Shown here: in pieces, positions 60,801 through 64,000 of the stretch
How positions within the stretch are numbered: the stretch's first letter is position 1
How the letters are laid out: every line of letters starts with the position of its first letter
NCBI GenBank assembly: GCA_032718475.1
Contig: JAUCBJ010002985.1
Coordinates: 1 to 64,000, forward strand
Direction: 5' to 3'
Length of the DNA: 64,000 nucleotides
DNA from: Nemertoderma westbladi
Taxonomy: Eukaryota; Animalia; Xenacoelomorpha
Made by a program: the position numbers and the translations under genes
Notes under the pieces: generated by a model
Seen by the model: the letters and a program-made list of their open reading frames with translations, nothing else
What the model was told of the DNA's origin: nothing
Database searches by the model: none

Positions 60801-61488
60801 ACTTCATGAAGTATAACATCACAGAACTTCACGAAGTATAACATCCCAGAACTTCACGAAGTATATAATATACATCCCAGAACTTCACGAAGTATATAAT
60901 ATACATCACAGAACTTCACGAAGTATAACATCACAGAACTTTACGATGTATGCATCACAGAACTTCACGAAGTATAACATCACGAATGATGATGAGTCAG
61001 GTCAGGTCAGGTCCCCAGATCCTGCTACCACTATGGCAGTAATGTGGTACTACCTGTACCTGTCAGCCCAGTAGGTAGGCCCGATAAGCATAGCCTATTC
61101 ATTATTTAGTTGATCAAGAGTGGGTTGGTTTAGCCCCGTCAACTAAATAAGTCATCGAGGGCTATAGCGACTAGGGCACCATTGAAGGCAAAGGCTTGAT
61201 ACGCATCTGCATTAGAGATGATACACGCCCCGCCCTGTCTATACTGGATGCTCTTCTCTCTACCAGTGTTGGGTAACCTAACCCAGGAGGCACACTTGGT
61301 TCAGGGTGTAACAAATGGACCCCTGCAGTCGGCAGCAGGGCTGTAGGCCATGGATAGGCGGAAGGTAATCAACCAACGGCTATACATGCTAACACGGTCG
61401 GCGGAAGGTAATCAACCAACGGCGACCTACTGCGAAGACGCTTGTAGGAGTTGCGACCACAAGCGGTTTACTCCCGCAACAGAAAGAT

Positions 61489-61971
61489 ATGAGTATGAGA
61501 ACCCTCCAGGAGAAATACCGGCTCGTTCGTCGCCCGGGTCAAGAAGGACCGCGTCCCTCAGTGGTACACCAGGCTGGGGTCGATAAATTGGCTACTGGAA
61601 CAGAAGACAGCGAAGAAAGAAGAACCAGCCTGTTGAAATGTAAAAAGACACTAAAGATTGCTACAATAAACGCACGCACGCTGAAAGCACATACCAAACA
61701 GGGTGACATGGTCGCTCTGGCAATGGAATATAACATCGACATCATCTGCATCCAAGAACATCGGATTTGTCATGAAGACACTGCGATGAAGTACAATGGC
61801 ATTGGAAATGGATGGACGTTAGTAACAAGCTCAGCAGTAAGAAACTCGGCCAATGCATCAATTGGTGGAGAAGGAATTCTGCTAAGCCCATTTGCACTTA
61901 AGACCCTAAACAACATCGAATCTATAAATTCTAGGGTTATGATCGCAACATTTGATGGGAGTCCACATTAG
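61489..61971 (+). pseudogene. RTE AP-endonuclease, N-terminal half
   Basis: LKIATINARTL, IDIICIQEHR, IGGEGILLS and INSRVMIATF, truncated at ~61964. Confidence 0.88.
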
Positions 61972-62843
61972 CACCATTGCTATTTGTAATTGTGCTGGAT
62001 TACGCAATGAGGACGGCCACAAAGGGTGAAGATCTGGGATTCACACTTCAAGAACGCAGAAGTAGTAGATATCCGGCAACTACAGTCACAGACACAGACT
62101 TTGCGGATGACATCGCCCTGCTCTCTAATACGCTAGCAGATGCACAGCTTCTACTAAATAAAGTGGAGAGGGCTGCTAAGGAGGTTGGATTGCATATAAA
62201 TGCTACAAAGACCGAATTCATGACCTTTAATGTTGATGGAAACTTGACAACCATTGATAATAATCAACTAAGGAAGGTCGATGACTTCCAGTACCTTGGA
62301 TCATGGATAGAGAGTAGCAAAAAGGACATAGAAGTTAGGAAAACAAAGGCTTCGGTAGCTCTATCAAAAATGGATACCATCTGGAAATCAGATCTCTCCA
62401 GGCACCTGAAGACTAAGTTCTTTCGAGCCACAGTGGAAAGTGTATTTTTATACGGGGGTGAGACCTGGACACTGACTAAATCACTTGAACAACAAATTGA
62501 TGGTTGCTACACAAGACTACTAAGGGCAGCCCTAAACATCAGCTGGAAACAACACATGACAAATGCCGAGCTTTATGGTACAATACCACATGTATCAACA
62601 ACCCTCCGTGAACGCAGATTAAGATTCAGTGGGCACTGCTGGCGAAGTAAAGACGAGGTCATACCAGATCTACTTCTCTGGCAACCAACTCATGGAAAGC
62701 GTAGTCGTGGACGACCGGCCATAACATATATAGATCAACTTGAAAGGGATACTGAACTTGGGAGAAACGAAATTGCGACAACTATGGAAAATCGGGAAGG
62801 CTGGAAGGATCTCATTTCCACTGTCCGAGTTAGCTCAACCTAG
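61965..62843 (+). pseudogene. RTE reverse transcriptase, C-terminal half
   Basis: TLAPLLFVIVLDYAMR, FADDIALL, GLHINATKT, FQYLGS, LYGGETW, RLRFSGHCWR and RGRP. Confidence 0.9.
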
Positions 62844-64000
62844 TAGTAGTAGTATAACATCACAGAACTTCACGAAGTATATACATCACAGAACTTCGCG
62901 AAGTATATATACATCACAGAACTTTACGAAGTATAGATCACAGAACTTCACGAAGTATACATCACAGAACTTCACGAAGTATACATCACAGAACTTCACG
63001 AAGTATAACATCACAGAACTTCACGAAATAATATACATCACAGAACTTCACGAAGTATACATCAAAGAACTTCACGAAGTATATATACATCACAGAACTT
63101 CACGAAGTATACATCAAAGAAGTTCACGAAGTATATATACATCACAGAACTTCACGAAGTAGGCCTATGCATCACAGAATTTCACGGAGTATACATCGCT
63201 GAAAAGTTTATAATTGTTGCGGGGGTGGTGAGGAGATTTATCGCCCAGTTTAAAAAAGGTTGGTGTATAATTATGGGTCAATATTTGGGGTATCGTCAGG
63301 ACCAAAATATAAACTCAAATACATAAAGACCAGTACTACTAACACTACTAACAAGTATAGTTAAAAACTGCAACGCCCTCAAGTCGGCTTGTCGCCACCT
63401 TACCACTTTTTTATGGCTGATCGAGTAATTTGGGACGGCGTGTCATATGTACAGTAGACCAATTCATTGGGCTTTAAATTCTTTGCATGGAGCTTCGGAT
63501 GCTAAATACTACTAACTAATTTATTTTTAATATTATTATTTGTATCACAAGCCATTTTTACAATTTTTTTGTAGGTGAACTACATATTAAGTGGTTTCTT
63601 CTTATAAAATTGAACCGTTGTGAAATCCACAGCAAGCTAGAGGGGCGTCTAGACGCAAACACGATCTCGGTGAATTAATTTATCGCCTCTATGATAAACT
63701 ATAAACTAAGGGAGAGGAACAAGTTACAGTAGCACGTTATTGTATGCAAAACAATAAATAATATCAATATCACAGGTTACATCGTATTTTTTGTTATGGT
63801 AATCAGCTGTTATTTACGTCGATTTTCTCCTGGAAAGGGATGAATTTTGATTTCGCCGGAAGTCCCCCCCACTCCTATATAGGATCAGCGTCTGTATACC
63901 ACTACCGTCTTTATACACAATCAATCATATAAAGATAGCAGATCTTGCGAGTATAATTAATTAGTTATCTATTGTAGTTGTAGACCTACACGGAGACCTA

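Larger units (their letters stand above)
60984..62850 (+). mobile_element. Internally deleted RTE-clade LINE (1867 bp) with 5' UTR, (TAG)n tail and 13-bp TSD
   Basis: TSD AGTATAACATCAC at 60971-60983 and 62851-62863. The APE N-terminal half is joined directly to the RT C-terminal half. Confidence 0.9.
58050..63195. repeat. 24-28-bp satellite array, interrupted by the RTE at 60984-62850
   Basis: Core CATCACAGAACTTCACGAAGT plus a variable ATA/ATAA/ATATA/ATATATA linker. Confidence 0.97.

Noticed and set aside
58531-63162. His/Thr-rich ORFs (HHRTSRS/ITELHEV/SQNFTKY)
   Set aside because: These are translations of the 24-28-bp satellite.
63540-63730. Possible host exon after the TTTTTTTGTAG acceptor-like site
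   Set aside because: No convincing ORF or matching donor site could be supported.

Overview
This is eukaryotic (animal-like), AT-rich, repeat-dense DNA, and I can support no host gene in it. The centrepiece is a complete 18.2-kb Polinton/Maverick (adintovirus-like endogenous virus) at 36759-54956. It has 345-bp TIRs with no mismatch found, AGTAGT termini and a 6-bp TACCTT target-site duplication (TSD). It encodes a RING protein, packaging ATPase, pX-like and pVI-like core proteins, integrase, two pentons, major capsid, adenain protease, a DEDD-like protein, protein-primed PolB and a PC4-like protein. It is inserted in ORF1 of a decayed minus-strand LINE, and removing it restores that reading frame. 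PolB (two in-frame TGA), the major capsid (one TAG) and penton 2 are disrupted despite the identical TIRs. A ~24-kb 30-bp satellite (7793-31804) carries an intact CRE-like RT/RLE retrotransposon inserted at a rare monomer variant. A 24-28-bp satellite (~58050-63195) carries an internally deleted RTE with a 13-bp TSD. Also present are a 63-bp minisatellite, Harbinger-, Tc1/mariner- and piggyBac-type non-autonomous elements, and an RTE fragment. All assignments come from reading motifs by eye; no searches were run.
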